Assembly (NCBI GenBank): GCA_002189035.1 | Contig: CM007989.1 | Location: 3,286,001 to 3,350,000, forward strand | DNA from: Utricularia gibba | Lineage: Eukaryota; Plantae; Magnoliophyta | Length of the DNA stretch: 64,000 nucleotides | Reading direction: 5' to 3' | Part shown: piece by piece, positions 1-13,569 of the stretch | Position numbering within the stretch: position 1 is the first letter of the stretch | Layout of the letters: each line of letters starts with the position of its first letter | Notes under the pieces: generated by a model | Told to the model about the DNA's origin: nothing | Databases searched by the model: none | Seen by the model: only the letters and a program-made list of their open reading frames with translations | Position numbers and translations under genes: made by a program

Positions 1-1099
1 AACTCTACCAGCTCCTCTCTTCGTCTTCTCCCGTTGATCGACTCAGTGTTGCTTTAGAAGGGCCTTATGGACCAGCTTCAAGCACCATTTTAAGGTATCA
101 CTTGCACTATCAGCATACAGTAAACCCATTTTAGCAGTTAATGGAGGTCTTCATGCCAAATATTCTTGTTTTCTTTTTCTACTTGTCTTCAGGCACGATG
201 AACTGGTCATGATCAGCGGAGGCAGCGGCATAACACCATTCATCTCCATCATCAGAGAACTCATGTACAGTAGCCATACACTGAAGCAGAATATCCCCAA
301 AGTGTTGCTCGTTTCCTCGTTCAAGAGCTCTGCTGATCTTGCTATGTTAGATCTCATCCTTCCAATTTCAAGCACCTCACCGGAGTTTCCAGAACTCCGA
401 ATCGAGGCCTTTGTGACTAGAGAAATGCAACCTCCCCTCCAAAAGAAAAACATCAACACCATTCGGTTCAACCCCAGTCCTCGTGATTCACCCATGGCAC
501 CAATTCTAGGCCAGAATGGCTGGTTATTGCTTGGTTTCATCATCTCCAGCTCCTTCACCATGTACCTTCTCCTCATTGGGTTCTTGACTCGTTTCCACAT
601 ATACCCTATTGACCATAACACGGGCAAGAAATACCCCGCTTACTCAAGGGCCTTGCTTCATATGCTGTTCATTTGCCTCAGCATCATCATTGCATCCACT
701 GCAGCTTTTCTTTGGACAAAGAGCAGAAATGCAAGGGAGGCTAATCAGATTCAGCACACTGGAAGCTCTTCTCCGGATTCCACAAAAGCTTCGGATATCG
801 AACTTGAAAGCTTGCCTCAGCAATCCTTGTCTCAGTCTATAAACCTTCACTATGGTGAAAGGGCAGACCTAAGAAGTAAGTTAGCCACTTTGAGCTTTCT
901 CATTCCGCTTTCTGGAAAACTTGAATCACGCATCACTACATGCATTTTTTTTCGTGCAGAAATCTTGTTGGACCGCAAAGAATCAAACGTGGGTGTTCTC
1001 GTGTGCGGGCCAAGGAAACTGCGATATGAAGTTGCTAAGATCTGCTCCTCTGGATCGGCAGAAAATCTCCACTTTGAGTCCATCAGCTTCACATGGTGA
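1..1099 (+). CDS. FRO: Ferric reduction oxidase (ferric-chelate reductase, FRO2/FRO4-like), 3' part; exons <1-94, 193-875, 960-1099
   Basis: Spliced translation gives EGPYG (end of FAD-binding region), then LVMISGGSGITPFISI (NAD-binding), two internal TM helices, and the C-terminal GVLVCGP...LHFESISFTW* typical of plant FROs. GT-AG introns at 95-192 and 876-959. Confidence 0.93.
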
Positions 1100-1769
1100 C
1101 TTGCGTGTACAGTCGAGTAGTGTGTGATTTTGTGGGTTTGGGAAAAAGGAATACTACTACAATCACAAATAACAGTACTGCTTTAAAAACTGAGTGAGCG
1201 GTTTGAATGCTTTTTTATAACAAAATTGAGAAATTTTGCCATTGAAAAAAAACTAATAAATTGAATAAGATTTAATAATTTTTAATTATATGTTAAAAAT
1301 AAAAATTACCATTTAAATGAATTGAATTCATTTTTTAGTTTAACTATAAATTTCAAATTAATCAATAATTTTAAAACACTGCTTATGAATTTGAATAAAG
1401 TATCATAAAATAAAAAAAGAAGCATAATACCAATATTCCTATTAAATTACATTTTTAGTTTTCTAAAAACATAGATGAAAAATGATATCCTTTTAATAAG
1501 ATTTAAAAAATATTTATGTTGTATTGGGCTTTAATTTGCTGTGGCGCATCTTGTCATAATGGGTGGCCCAATCTAGTATGTTTTATTCACAAGCGGGGAC
1601 GTACCCCGTACACCTACTGAAAGTACGAACTATCCCGTCCGTATTCCCTGTGATTGTCCTCCACTTTCTGCTCCCCCTCTCCAACCTTTTGGTTCTTCTT
1701 CCAAGTTCGATACATTTCTTGGCTTCAATCTAGTATTCATCTCAAAACCGTCTTGGGATTTATGCCCTT

Positions 1770-2567
1770 AACGCTTAAAACCCTAGCTTTACTCCTCTGA
1801 AACTGCTTTATAATTTATACTTCATTGGCACAAGTTGGGGGCGTGCTGGGATTCGACAATTTTGCTCTTTTTAAGGTATGCTTCTCTTTTTGTTTGTGTA
1901 ATGGTGGATTTGGTGGGTTATGTCTGCTAGGTCATATGTGTCATTGATTGTGGGAATGTAGGAAGGGCTGGTAACACAAGCTAGGATCTATGGTTATTTT
2001 TTTTAATTTTTTTCTTAGAAAGTAATGCAGGGCGTTGCGATTTTCAATTAGTTTTTGATTGATTGATGCCGGCATTGCGCCATTTGAATTGCGTTCTCGC
2101 GTGGGTATGAAAGCTATGAGTCAACTGCTGTTCCATAAGGTGGAGCTATGACTTATCATCTTATGTTAAAAAGTTACTTTTTGGAATAGAGATTTTACCG
2201 GTGTTTGATTCCCTGGTGGCTGGATACATTTTGAATGTATATGTATAGCACACGGAGTCATCCAGTCTGTTTGTGCGGTAGTGGCACTAAAATGCCTTTT
2301 CTGGTATGCCATTGTTTGGTCCCTATAGAGGTGGCTTACCTTGTACCCGTTTCGTTACCTCGAAGTTCTGTTTTCAGTGCAACTGCGTGTGTACACAGTA
2401 GTCACATAGTGCGATGAATACTTAGGCTCCTGGTTGCCATCTTGGTGGTCAGATTAAGGTTTTTTGCTACTCCATGCTGTCATGCGGATGATTGTGGGAA
2501 AAGATGCAAAGGTTTCATGGTGGCAGCTGCAGAAGTGCAGCTGCGATGATTCCTAATGCGACTCTAG
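1770..2567 (+). repeat. Diverged duplicate (copy A) of the MED12 promoter, 5' leader, first intron and first codons
   Basis: Collinear with 4295-5186. Exact shared 24-mer gggctggtaacacaagctaggatc at 1965-1988 and 4497-4520. Exact 28-mer atgcaaaggtttcatggtggcagctgca at 2504-2531 and 5059-5086. Both copies begin with a telo-box (aaaccctag). Confidence 0.9.
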
Positions 2568-2683
2568 TTTTTCCTGCATTTCCAAAAAAATTGATGTCAA
2601 GTGTGACTCTCATTTATTTTTTTCCTTTTAATGATAATTGTTCGATTTTTGTCACATTGAATTGGGTGATCAGGTGATAGAAA

Positions 2684-3408
2684 ATGGCCAATGATGTCAA
2701 AGAGGAGAAAAAGAAGTTGGTCAAGTTAGACTGCGCATTTAAGTTGGTATGCATCATCTCTTTTTTCACACTTACAGTTGAAATCCGGAATGTTGCTCAC
2801 TTTATATGATATGGATCTCATGAAGCATTGTCTAATATATCATGAAATAAAAAAGGATTCACCAAGTAATGATCATGTGTTTCAGTTGTATTGACAGTGC
2901 AGAAGGTTATTCCTTTGTGAAGGAAATGAAAGAACAATGTTATCTGCATCGTTTTAAAATTTTTGGCTCTTAATCTCAACAGGCCGAACAATGGGTTAAT
3001 AACATGAGTAAAGCTCCTCCCATTAATGAGACTCCAACTTCTGTTGAATTGGAAGGGCGCCCTTCTAGGTCAGAGAGTACTTCATGCCCCCATCAAAGTC
3101 CTTGTTCTGCTGCCTACTCAATTCATGACTGTGCTGCTCTTGCTTGAAATAGGTTGGGGGTGGGTGCAACTGTTCCCAAAGAGTCCTCCAAGTTCATGCG
3201 CACAAACAACCCAGTGGAGAGAAAATTGGTCTCCAAGCTGCAGTCAAGCAAACGAAAGGCTGCCGAGGCAGAAGCGGATGTAAGAACATCAGCACGTGAT
3301 GTGGACGGAGATAGTGAGGAAGAGGAGTTGGATAGCAAAACAAAAGCTTTTGCTAAAAAGACAGCCCCAAGTAGAACCACACATACTCCCAGCAAAAAGT
3401 TCAGATGA
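2684..3408 (+). CDS. Small uncharacterised basic/acidic protein; exons 2684-2746, 2983-3068, 3153-3408
   Basis: Three exons join in frame through GT-AG introns: MANDVKEEKKKLVKLDCAFKL|AEQWVNNMSK...LEGRPSR|LGVGATVPK...DSEEEELDSKTKAF...KKFR*. The AFKLAEQW and RPSRLGxGA motifs recall a conserved uncharacterised plant family (recalled, not searched). Confidence 0.8.
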
Positions 3409-4294
3409 GTGCTTCAGCAGAAATGTGATTTGAAACACAACGCAATTATTGTTTTCTGCAGCATATGAAGTTGTTACAGATGAGCTAAAGTCTGTTTTCC
3501 TCATCTCCACCACGTTTTTTTTTTTTTTTGAAACTGTGTCTCAGACCCCAGAACACTATGGAGAGAGGTGAACTGTTGCACCTTGTAAAACGTTTCCAAC
3601 AAAAAATATTTATTTTTAAGATATCGTTTTACATGAATTTTGTATGCAGTTTTTCCACCTCTTCAAAAAAAAAAAAAAAAAAAGACAACTTTGCTGTTAA
3701 AACAGTTATTTTTATATCCAATGCATAAAATGAATATGTTAAACGAAGGGTAAAAACGTAAAAGTACTCCACTGAACTAGAAATTATTTTAATTTGATTT
3801 GGAATCAGGATCATTGCTAGGGTTTATTTCAAAATCGGAAGCTCATTGGACTTTACTGTAAGAAAATGACAGAGATTTGGGGGTTTCGGGTTGTGTAATA
3901 AGAGTTAATTATGATATTGTGAAAATGAAGATGGGTAAATTACTAAAATTGAGGAAGATCAAAATCCGATGTCAGCCAGCTATCGAGTAGTCAGAGAAAG
4001 GGGAAGTTGCCCAATTCCGGTTCTCAACCAAGAGTCATCCAGATCTCTGTCTTTGCTGTTCATGGCCTGTTTCCGCGCACTGGTGGTGTACCAACTCTTT
4101 TTCTTTATGCATATGTAGACAATGTATTAAATACCCGCACAATCCCAGATTTCCCCTAAATTGATGCCTGCAACTCGATTTCAAAATCCCTAATCCAATA
4201 CCGAAGCTTTACGGTGGTGGAGGATCTTGGTCTTTGCCCGATTCCTTGCCTCAGTCTTTTTGTAGCGAACCCACTTTCCGATTTATGCTGTTAC

Positions 4295-5186
4295 CGCTGA
4301 AAAACCCTAGCCTTGCTCCTCTGAAACCCTAACTACTTAATAGTGAATACTTCATTGAGACAAGTTGGGGCGCGCTGGGATTCAATCAGTTTGCTGATTT
4401 TAAAGGTACGCTTCTGTTTTTGCTTCTTGGATGTTGGGTTTGAGGGGTTTATATCGTCTAGGTCATCTGGGTCATAATCTTGGGCATGTAGAGAAGGGGC
4501 TGGTAACACAAGCTAGGATCATTGGTTGTCTTTTTTTCGAAAGTGAGACAGGGCGTTGTGGTTTTCTACTGTTTGTTTTTTGATGGAGGGTCTACATGGG
4601 TTTCGAATGATTTATTTGGGCAGTGCTTCTTATTTGAATTGCGTTCCCGCGCGCATATGAAGGTTATGAGTCAACTTCTGTTCCATAATATGGGGCGATG
4701 GCTTATAATTTTTTGTTAAAAAGTTTCTTTTTGGAATAGAGGTTTTACCGGGATTTGATTCCTTGGTGGTTGGTGTCATTTTGGATGCATATGTATAGCG
4801 TAGGAAAGTCATCCAGTCTGCTTGTGTGGTGGCACTATAATGCCTTTTCTGCTATGTCATTTTTTTGGTCCGTGTAGAGGTGGCTTAACTTGTACCCGTT
4901 TCTTAACCTTCAAGTTCTATTGAAAGTGCAACTTCTTATGTACACAGTAGTGACATAATGCGATGAATACTTAGGCTTCTGGTTGCCATCTTGTTGGTCA
5001 GATTAAGTTTTGTTGCTACTCCATGCTGGTAACAGCATGCGGATGATTGTGGGAAGAGATGCAAAGGTTTCATGGTGGCAGCTGCACTAGTGCAGTTAAT
5101 AACAGTGCACATCCCGGTATACAATCTAGGGATACTTCCAGAGCTGAGACATCTCCGATTCCCCCCAATTATGCATTGAATTCTAG
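4295..5186 (+). promoter_or_regulatory. MED12 promoter/5' leader (copy B of the duplicated module) with telo-boxes, leader intron donor and first coding exon
   Basis: aaaccctag near 4302, aaccctaa near 4325, donor aag|gtacgc at ~4407. Lies directly upstream of, and includes, the MED12 ATG at 5059. Confidence 0.7.
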
Positions 5187-8100
5187 GTAGCAACTATTTG
5201 TTGTTTTGCCTTTAATTTTTGTGTATTGCATGCATATTCATGGAGAAGCTAACTTGCCACGTAATGGGCATAAGATTTAGTCTTGCTTTACATGGTGGAT
5301 CTCATTCAACTAGTGAAATTGTAATTTTTGTCCGTGTTATTTTACTTCACGATTCAACATCTAAGTCTCTGATGATAATGGTTAATTCAAATTGAAGTGG
5401 GATTCATCATAAGTGGGCTGTTTGTTTCATCTAGAAACCTGGTGTATGGTTCTGTCGCTAAATTTTTAAATGTGCGTTCATTTCGAATTCAACATTTCAG
5501 ACCTTCGAATCAATGATGTAGGAGCCAAAATTTGCACTATGACTAAATTGCCATTTCTATGTGAATGAGTAATAGTTAGTGCGCTCCATAATTTCGTTAA
5601 TTATTTCCCTCTTGGCCCTCTTTGTTGAGGGATTCGATCCTTTTTTTGTGTTTTTAGATTATCATATTTGATTACATTGGTTTTTCCTGACTGTTTCAAC
5701 TTCATCTTTATATGTGGTTTTTTGTTTTTTGTTCCTTTAGACGGTCTTCTTATCTGAGTCCATACAAGTTGAAGTGTGATAAGGAGCAGTTGAATTCCCG
5801 GTAATTTCTGTTTCCTGTTTTTTCTCAGAGGTGTTACTTCTCCATTGGTTTCCATAATGTGACTATGGTAAACCTATCCTTTCAAGACTAATGTTGCATT
5901 TCACTCCTAACTGCTGCTGTCTTCTATCATTACAGACTTGGGCCTCCTGACTTCCACCCACCCTCTCCAAATTGCCGCGAGGAGACACTTACTGGGGCTT
6001 ATGTTCAGTCTGGTTATAAAGAGGCCGTTGAAGGATTTGAGGTATTATTTATGTTTCCTTTCATGTATTCTAGTGTGATTATCTTCTGCACAATTTCTGC
6101 TTATGTACTCACATTTTTTTTTCTTTTTTAAATGTGTTAAACTAGGAAACCAGAGAGATATCGCTGTCGCAGATTCAAACTTTTACAAAGCCTGTTATTG
6201 CCAGGTGCAAAGAGGTACTCATGTATAGAAAACCGTTCATGTTATTCAGAAAAGCCTGTCTAACTAGAAGATTGATTTATTTTTCAGGCAATTAAAAAAT
6301 GTCATAGGGCAATTAATGAGTCCCGTGCACAAAAACGGAAGGTCTTGCATTTCTTCTCTGTTTGACATGAATCTTTTTTGTATCCATAGATTCTGAAAAG
6401 TGTGAAATATGCAGGCAGGCCAGGTTTATGGAGTGCCACTTTCTGGCTCATTGTTGAATAAACCTGGCGTTTTTCCTGAGCAAAAAGCATGTGGTGAGGA
6501 GTCTAGGAAGAAATGGATTGAGGTATGCCCTTTCATTTCATTGTAGTGAAATTTTTGGAAGAAACGTTGTACTTCTAGACAATGGCGAAAATGAACCGTT
6601 GGAGTATCTGTTGTTAGCGTCTATATATTTTTTATTTTAGAGCTGCCCAGATTGTGCCACTGCCATTCATTTATTTTTTGTCTGTTTCTTTTATTTCTAC
6701 CTTGGTTTTTGACTTGTAAGTGTACTTATGAGCTCCATTCAAGTATCTTAACGTTTGAACCTTTTCAACAGGGTCTTTCTCAACCACATAAAAGACTGTG
6801 TTCATTGGCTGACCATGTGCCGCATGGATTTAAGAAAAAATCTCTTTTTGAAGTTCTGATTAAAGATCGTATTCCTTTATTAAGAGCTACATGGTTCATC
6901 AAAGTGATTTATCTTAACCAGGTATTTATCACAATTAAGAAATGTAAATATTGAAATACTCTCTTGGTATACTTAATGCCGTTTTTCTTGTCTCAGGTTC
7001 GAGCCTCTTCACTATCTGCATTTCATGATAAACCTCAAGTTTCTTGCTCAGAAAAGTGGACGAAAGATGTTATTGAATATCTTCAGCACTTGTTGGATGA
7101 GTTTATACTAAAGAATCAGTCCCAAGCAAATGTAAACTTTCGAGATCAATCACAAGTTTCCTTTCCTGTTTCTGTGCATAGTAATGAACCATCTTTGTAC
7201 ACCAAATGGTGGTATATGGTAAGGCTTGTTTATTGGCATCACGCAGAGGGTCTGGTGGTTCCTTCTCTGATGATTGATTGGATTTTTAATCAGCTGCAGG
7301 TAGTGGAAAATTTATATATTGCATAGAATTTAAAAAGAAACATGTTTCACTATTGGCCAAGCCTACTGAATTGTAAAATCGTGTTATTTCAGGAAAAGGG
7401 CTTGCTTAGTGTCCTGCAGCTGCTGTTGCCTATGATATATGGTTTTGCAGAAACAGTTGTATCTTCCCAGACCTATGTCTGTAAGCTGGTGGGTATTGCT
7501 GCTAGATTTATTCATGAGCCATCACCCGGTAGGTCAAATCATGTTGAAAATTCTCGACATGCTTATGCTACCTCAGCCGTGGTTGAGATGCTTCGGTTTT
7601 TGGTATTAGCCGTGCCTGATACTTTTGTTGCATTGGATTGTTTCCCAATGTCTGTTGTATGCCCTACCTTAAGTGATGAAAATCTCTTTTCCAAGTTGTT
7701 GGAGGATATCACGAAGGTGAACTATGGCCAGGTTGAAGTTGCTGGAGCACTGAGAGATCGAAACTATGAGGTTCAGGCTGAGATGTTATCCTTTAATAGT
7801 GTTGCGTCATCCATTCAAAAACGTTCGGAGACTCTTTCAAGAGCATCGAAGTCCATTTACTCTGGTTGTAACATGGCTAAAACTGTGCAGATGCTTGACC
7901 AAGCTCTTTTGAGTGGAGAAGTTGGTGCTTTGTATGACATTCTATTTGAAACTTGTTGGGATGGATTTTGTGCTGAACGTTGGAGTGCTGATGTGAGTTC
8001 TTGTCTTCTTGCATCACTTAAGCACTTTGGAAAGATATCATCGTCATTACTATGCTCCATCTTTTTCATATGTGAGTGGGCAACTTGTGACTACCGAGAT

Positions 8101-11100
8101 TTTCGAGCTGAGCCACCTCGTGGTTTGAAGTTCACTGGTAGGAAAGATGCCTCTCAGATTTTTATAGCCGTTAGGCTTTTCAAACAGAAGATGCTCAATT
8201 CATTTAACTTTGTTGGTCCTGACCGAAAATACACAGATATTTCAAATATTTTTGAAAGCCCAAGTCCTTTACATGATGCTATTGTGTGTTGGATTGATCA
8301 GCATGAAGTGTATAATGGGGAAGGTTTCAAAAGGTTGCAGCTTCTAGTTAGAGAATTGATGCTGGCAGGGATTTTCAATCCCTTGGCATATGGTAGACAG
8401 CTGATAGCCAGTGGAGTGATGGATGGAAATGGATCCATGGGTGAAATAGAAAAGCAGAAGAGGCACTACAAACTCTTGAAGCAGTTGCCTGCCTCATATA
8501 TTCATGAGATATTGCTAGAATCCCAGGTTTCTGACCCATCAGTTCTGATTGAAGCAACAAATATTTACTCACACGAACGCAGGATGGTGTTGCACGGACC
8601 CATTGGTGAAAGTAAATCTGGAGCTAGGAGACAAAAGAATCACCATAAGCTAGGCAGTGACACTGGTTCTCCAGCAGTCAGTGATTGGTGCTTTCAAACA
8701 AGTTCTCATCAATCAAGAGGAAATATGGATGCAGTAGAAAATCTAGCAGATATCGAAGCCTCCATTTCTGCATTGTTAAAGCTCCCTCGCCCTCCAAGTG
8801 CTCCAGGTAATAGTGGTGATGCATCTACATGCGAAGAATGCAGGAGGATGAAGAGACAAAAATTAAGTGAAGTCCAAAGCACATTTCTGCTGAATCCTGT
8901 TGAAGATGAGGAGGTATGGTGGGTGAAAAAGGAGACGAAGTACATGGATTCACTTAAAATTGAGCCACCCCCAAAGTCTTTAAAGCAGACACCTAAAGGT
9001 AGGCTGAAATCTGGAATTAAGACCCAAAGTCTTGCTCAATTAGCTGCTGCTCGAATTGAAGGTAGTCAAGGAGCATCACCAAGCCATGTATGTGAAGGTA
9101 GGGTCAGGTGCCCACATCACACGACCAGTCATGATGATGTCACCACATCGCTAGATTTCACAATGAGATCTAATGCTGGAGACATTGTTTCGGTTGGAAG
9201 GATTCTTAAGCATATGCGTATTTCAGAGAAGAGGAAATTGATGGCATGGCTAGTCTCTGTGGTTAAAAAGATTATTGAAGAGGCTGAGAAAACTGCGGCC
9301 AAGGTAAGCTTACCTAATAGGTTCACTCCTGCTGCTGAAGATCAAGTCCCCAGTCACTGGAGACTTGGTGAAGATGAGTTATGTGCAATATTGTATATGA
9401 TGGATTCTTGCAATGAGTTTGTGGCAACTGCAAGGCTTCTTTTTTGGCTGTTGCCAAAAGTTCCAGGAACTTCTCACATCATCAACCGCAACCCCTTGAT
9501 GTTTCCTAAGACCGCGGATTGTAGCACATGTGATGTAGGAGAGGCATTTCTTTTATCATTAGTTAGAAGGTATGCCATTCTTTTCTTTTGAAATATTTAT
9601 ATTTTTCTTTGGTACTTGGTCTTCTTCTTTTCATGTGGTTGCTTTCCTTTTAGAAGTAATTAGAGATTTAGACCCGCATTGGGTATATGACTTTAATCCA
9701 CTCCGTCCCTTGTATGACTTATTTATACTTGAATGGGGAGGACAGCAACGTAGATGGTGTTTTCATAATCGTGTTTATGAGTTCCAACATTTTCTTTTTT
9801 GTTTCAGTTATGAAAATATAATTGTTGCAGCTGATCTTATCCCTGAAATGCTGTCTGCTATTATGCAACGGGTTTCCATGATATCAGCAACAAAGAGTAA
9901 ACTGTCTGGCTCTGCATCATTGCACTATGCTCGATATCTATTGAAGAAGTACAACAATGTAGCAAGTGTTGTCGAATGGGAGAAGACATTCAGGTCCTTG
10001 TGTGATAAGAAACTTATCACTGAACTTGAACCTGGTCGTTCACTTGAAGGGGATCTCAGTTTTAATCTTGGAGTGCCTAATGGAGTGGAAGACCTTGATG
10101 ATTATTTTCGCCAAAAGATAAACAGTACTCGTCCATCCAGAGTTGGTATGAACATGAAGGAAATTGTCAGTAGGCATGTGGATGAAGTTCTCCAGTTTTT
10201 TTACAACAAGGACGTGAATGTCTACGGGCATGGAACAAGTAAAAACCCAACCATGGACAGGTCCAATGATGAGTACCATGTAGCTCATCAGATTGTTATT
10301 GGATTGATGGAATGCATGAAAAGTACTGGTGGTGCTGCTCAGGAAGGTGATCCCTCATTAGTATCATCTGCTGTTGCTGCTATAGTTAACAACGTAGGTC
10401 TTGCTATTTCCAGAGTTCAAGACTTCACCTCCCGCTCTAATCATTCAAATACTCCTGCTGGATCATTGCATTTAGCTCGCCACATTTTGAGAATTCATGT
10501 GAGCTGTTTATGCATACTGAAGAATGCACTTGGAGAACGTCAGAGTCGGGTATTTGAGGTTGCCCTTGCGATGGAAGCTTCCTCTAGTCTTTTGCAAATT
10601 TTATCCCCTGGAAAGTTTCCTCGAAGTCAGTTTCATGTGAATTCGCATGATGCCAATGCAAATCTGTATATGGATGGTGTAAACAATTCCAACAAAACTC
10701 ATCCAGCAAGAGCTGCTAAAATTTTTGCTTCGGTTTCTGCTCTGATCATTGGGTGCATTCTTCAAGGTGTAGCATGCCTTGATCGAATGGTGGCTCTATT
10801 CAAATTAAAAGAAGGGATGGATGTTGTAAGGAATTTAAAATCAAACATGAACGGAAGTACATCCTCAGCGGGGGCTTTGAAGGTGGATAATTTTCTTGAA
10901 GTTTCTCTCAACTGGTTTAGGGTACTTGTTGGAAACTGTAAAACCATTTCTGATGGGTTAATTGTGGATCTACTAGGTGAAGCCTCTATTGTTGCCCTGT
11001 GGAGAATGCAGCGGTCTTTACCTGTCAATTTGGTATTTCCACCAGCTTATTCTATATTTGCATTTGTCACATGGAAACCTATTCTTGACTCAATGATTGG

Positions 11101-13569
11101 ATCACGTGAAGATTTCCATCGACTTCATCAGTCACTAGCAGTTTCCTTTGTTGATGCTATAAAGCACATGCCTTTCCGTGATATATGTTTTCGAGACTTT
11201 CATGGCTTGTATGATCTAATTGCTGCAGACACTCTGGATCGTGACTTTTTATCTTTTGTAGACTCCAGTGGCCTAGATATCAATTTGAAAGTGTCTGCCT
11301 TGGTCCCACTTCGATCTCGTCTTTTTCTTGATGCCCTACTAGGTTGCAAGATTCCTGAACTAGCAGTTAGGCTAGATGTTGGGTCTTGGACATCTGGCCA
11401 TGGCGAATTGAAGAAGCAGTGTGGGGAGAATGCTAGAAGGCTTATGTGCAAGCTTGTAGATGTTCTGGATACCTTGCAACCAGCAAAATTTCATTGGCAG
11501 TGGGTTGAGATAAGGCTTCTCCTAAATGAACAGGCTGTCAATGAAAAGATCATGGAGAATGAATCATCTTTGTCTGATGCGATAAGATCTATCTCACCTC
11601 ATCCAGACAAAATGAAGGCTTCAGAAAATGAGAGTAACTTTGTTCAAATTATACTTACCCGGTTGCTAGTCAGGCCTGATGCTGCTCACCTGTTCTCTGA
11701 AGCTGTTCATTTATTGGGGAAGTCACTTGAGGATTCAATGCTGTCTCAGGCAAAATGGATGCTTAAAGGAGCAGAAGTTCTTTATGGTAAGAAATCAATC
11801 AGGCAGAAGATCATGAATATTGCCTCGGAACTCAAGGAACTGTCTTTTAAGTCTCAATACTGGAAACCATGGGGCTGGTGTTATGCAACTCCTACTGTGG
11901 CAAACAAGAGTGAGAAATTGAAATTAGAAGCTTGTATCCTTGAAGAAGGAGAAGTAGTTGATGAGGCGGCTGAGTCTGGTCAGGTTTGTAGAGGAAATGG
12001 TCCTTTTGATGTTGAAGGGCTCATAGTTTGCCAGCAGCATTTGACTGAGCGAGCTCTTATTGAACTTATACTCCCATGTTTGGACCAAGGTTATGATGAC
12101 TTGCAAAGTAACTTCGCAAATGAAATGATCAAGCAGATGGATAATATTGAGCAGTATATGAACTCCGTTATTCATGGAATCTCAAGGGTTTCCACTATTG
12201 CAAGTCCTTCTATTGGTAGCCCCAGCAATAAAAATGGCAGTCGGAAGAGTGGGAAGAGCGGGAGTCCCATCATTTCACGGCAAATGAGTTCCAATGCAGA
12301 TGCTGTTCCACCTTCTCCTGCTGCATTGCGGGCCTCCTTGGCATTGCGAGTGCAATTTCTTTTGCGATTGCTTCCTGTTGTTTGTTCTGACAGGTGACTC
12401 TACTGTATCCTGCATCACATGATGTTTCTCTTTTTTGTGTAGTGGATAGTTCTTTTGGGCTACCTTTCCATGTTCTAGGGTGTGAAATCTACCTTGCCTC
12501 ACCAAATATTAAACTCTATTCTTGGATTTTGTATGTCTTGGTAAGATGCCTTGGTCGTAGCATGTTCTTTGAAACTGATGTGTTGTTCTCAAAGGGAACT
12601 GCAATGTAATATCAAGAGAGACATGTGGATATGCTGCGTTTCGGTTTTCCTCAGAATATTGTGCTCATCTTGATTAGCATTATTTTCTATTTCTGACATC
12701 GGTTGCTTTTTTCAATAGGGAGCCTTCAAGTCGTAATATGAGATATATTCTTGCTTCGGTGGTTCTGCGCCTCCTGAGTAGCAGAGTTGTGTATGAAGAG
12801 ACATGCCATCTTGTCAATACTCTGCCCATTTCATCAAATAGGAACCTGGGATTCCTGAAGGAGGTTTCTAAAACTTCCCCTCTTCAATGGGGTGAATGCC
12901 TGTTTGATTCTCTATTATTTGTTTTTCACGTTTTGCTTAGTAGCTACCAGCCAAGCGGGTTGAAAATGAAGCCTGAATCAAAATCAAGCGATAGCATCCG
13001 GGGCCATTTCGTTTTTGACCGCGAAGTGGCAGACAGCATGCAGGTGATCTGAGAAAAAGCTTATTATGGTTACTGTGGCTCCTTTCATTTTTCGTCAGAT
13101 TTTTGCTGGGTCTTGTAAAATTAATTATAAACTCTTGCAGGCTGACTTAGATAACATGGATCTGCCTGAGGCAGTAAGGTGGCGCATTCAAGCCGCAATG
13201 CCAATAGTCTTGCCATCATCTGGACTCTCTTTTTCTTGCCAACCTCCATCACTACCTCCTTCAGCTCTCTCTTGTCTTCAGCCTAGAAATCAAGTGACAA
13301 CTGTGAGTTCAAAAGCACCATCGAAAAATTCACGTGCAGCAACAAGCATGAAAGCCAAGCCACAGGGGATTCCACATGAACCCGAGATGGAACTCGACCA
13401 GTGGACACTTTTGGAGGATGGAGCTGCTTTTGGACAGTCTTCACCCAAGTCTACTAGCAATGCGGGAAGTGACCATGCTAATCTAAAGGCCACCCATTGG
13501 CTTAAAGGGGCTGTGAGAGTGAGGAGAACAGATCTCACATACATTGGTGTTGTCGACGAAGATAGCTGA
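5059..13569 (+). CDS. MED12: Mediator of RNA polymerase II transcription subunit 12; 12 coding exons, ~2164 aa
   Basis: N-terminus MQRFHGGSCTSAVNNS...YALNSR; LGPPDFHP; Med12 domain GLSQPHKRLCSLADHVPHG...PLLRATWFIKVIYLNQ; C-terminus WLKGAVRVRRTDLTYIGVVDEDS*. Exons 5059-5186, 5741-5800, 5936-6041, 6146-6214, 6288-6341, 6415-6522, 6772-6921, 6997-7299, 7393-9569, 9808-12393, 12719-13043, 13141-13569 sum to 6495 nt and stay in frame. Confidence 0.96.

Noticed and set aside
876-959. FRO ORF reading straight through SKLATLSFLIPL...FFRA
   Set aside because: This is an 84-nt GT-AG intron that happens to be in frame and stop-free. The 93-nt intron at 26604-26696 in RLK1 is the same case.
1880-2500. 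Intronic snoRNA cluster explaining the conserved non-coding blocks
   Set aside because: No convincing C/D box pairs with terminal stems or H/ACA hairpins were found. The similarity is explained by duplication of the MED12 leader.
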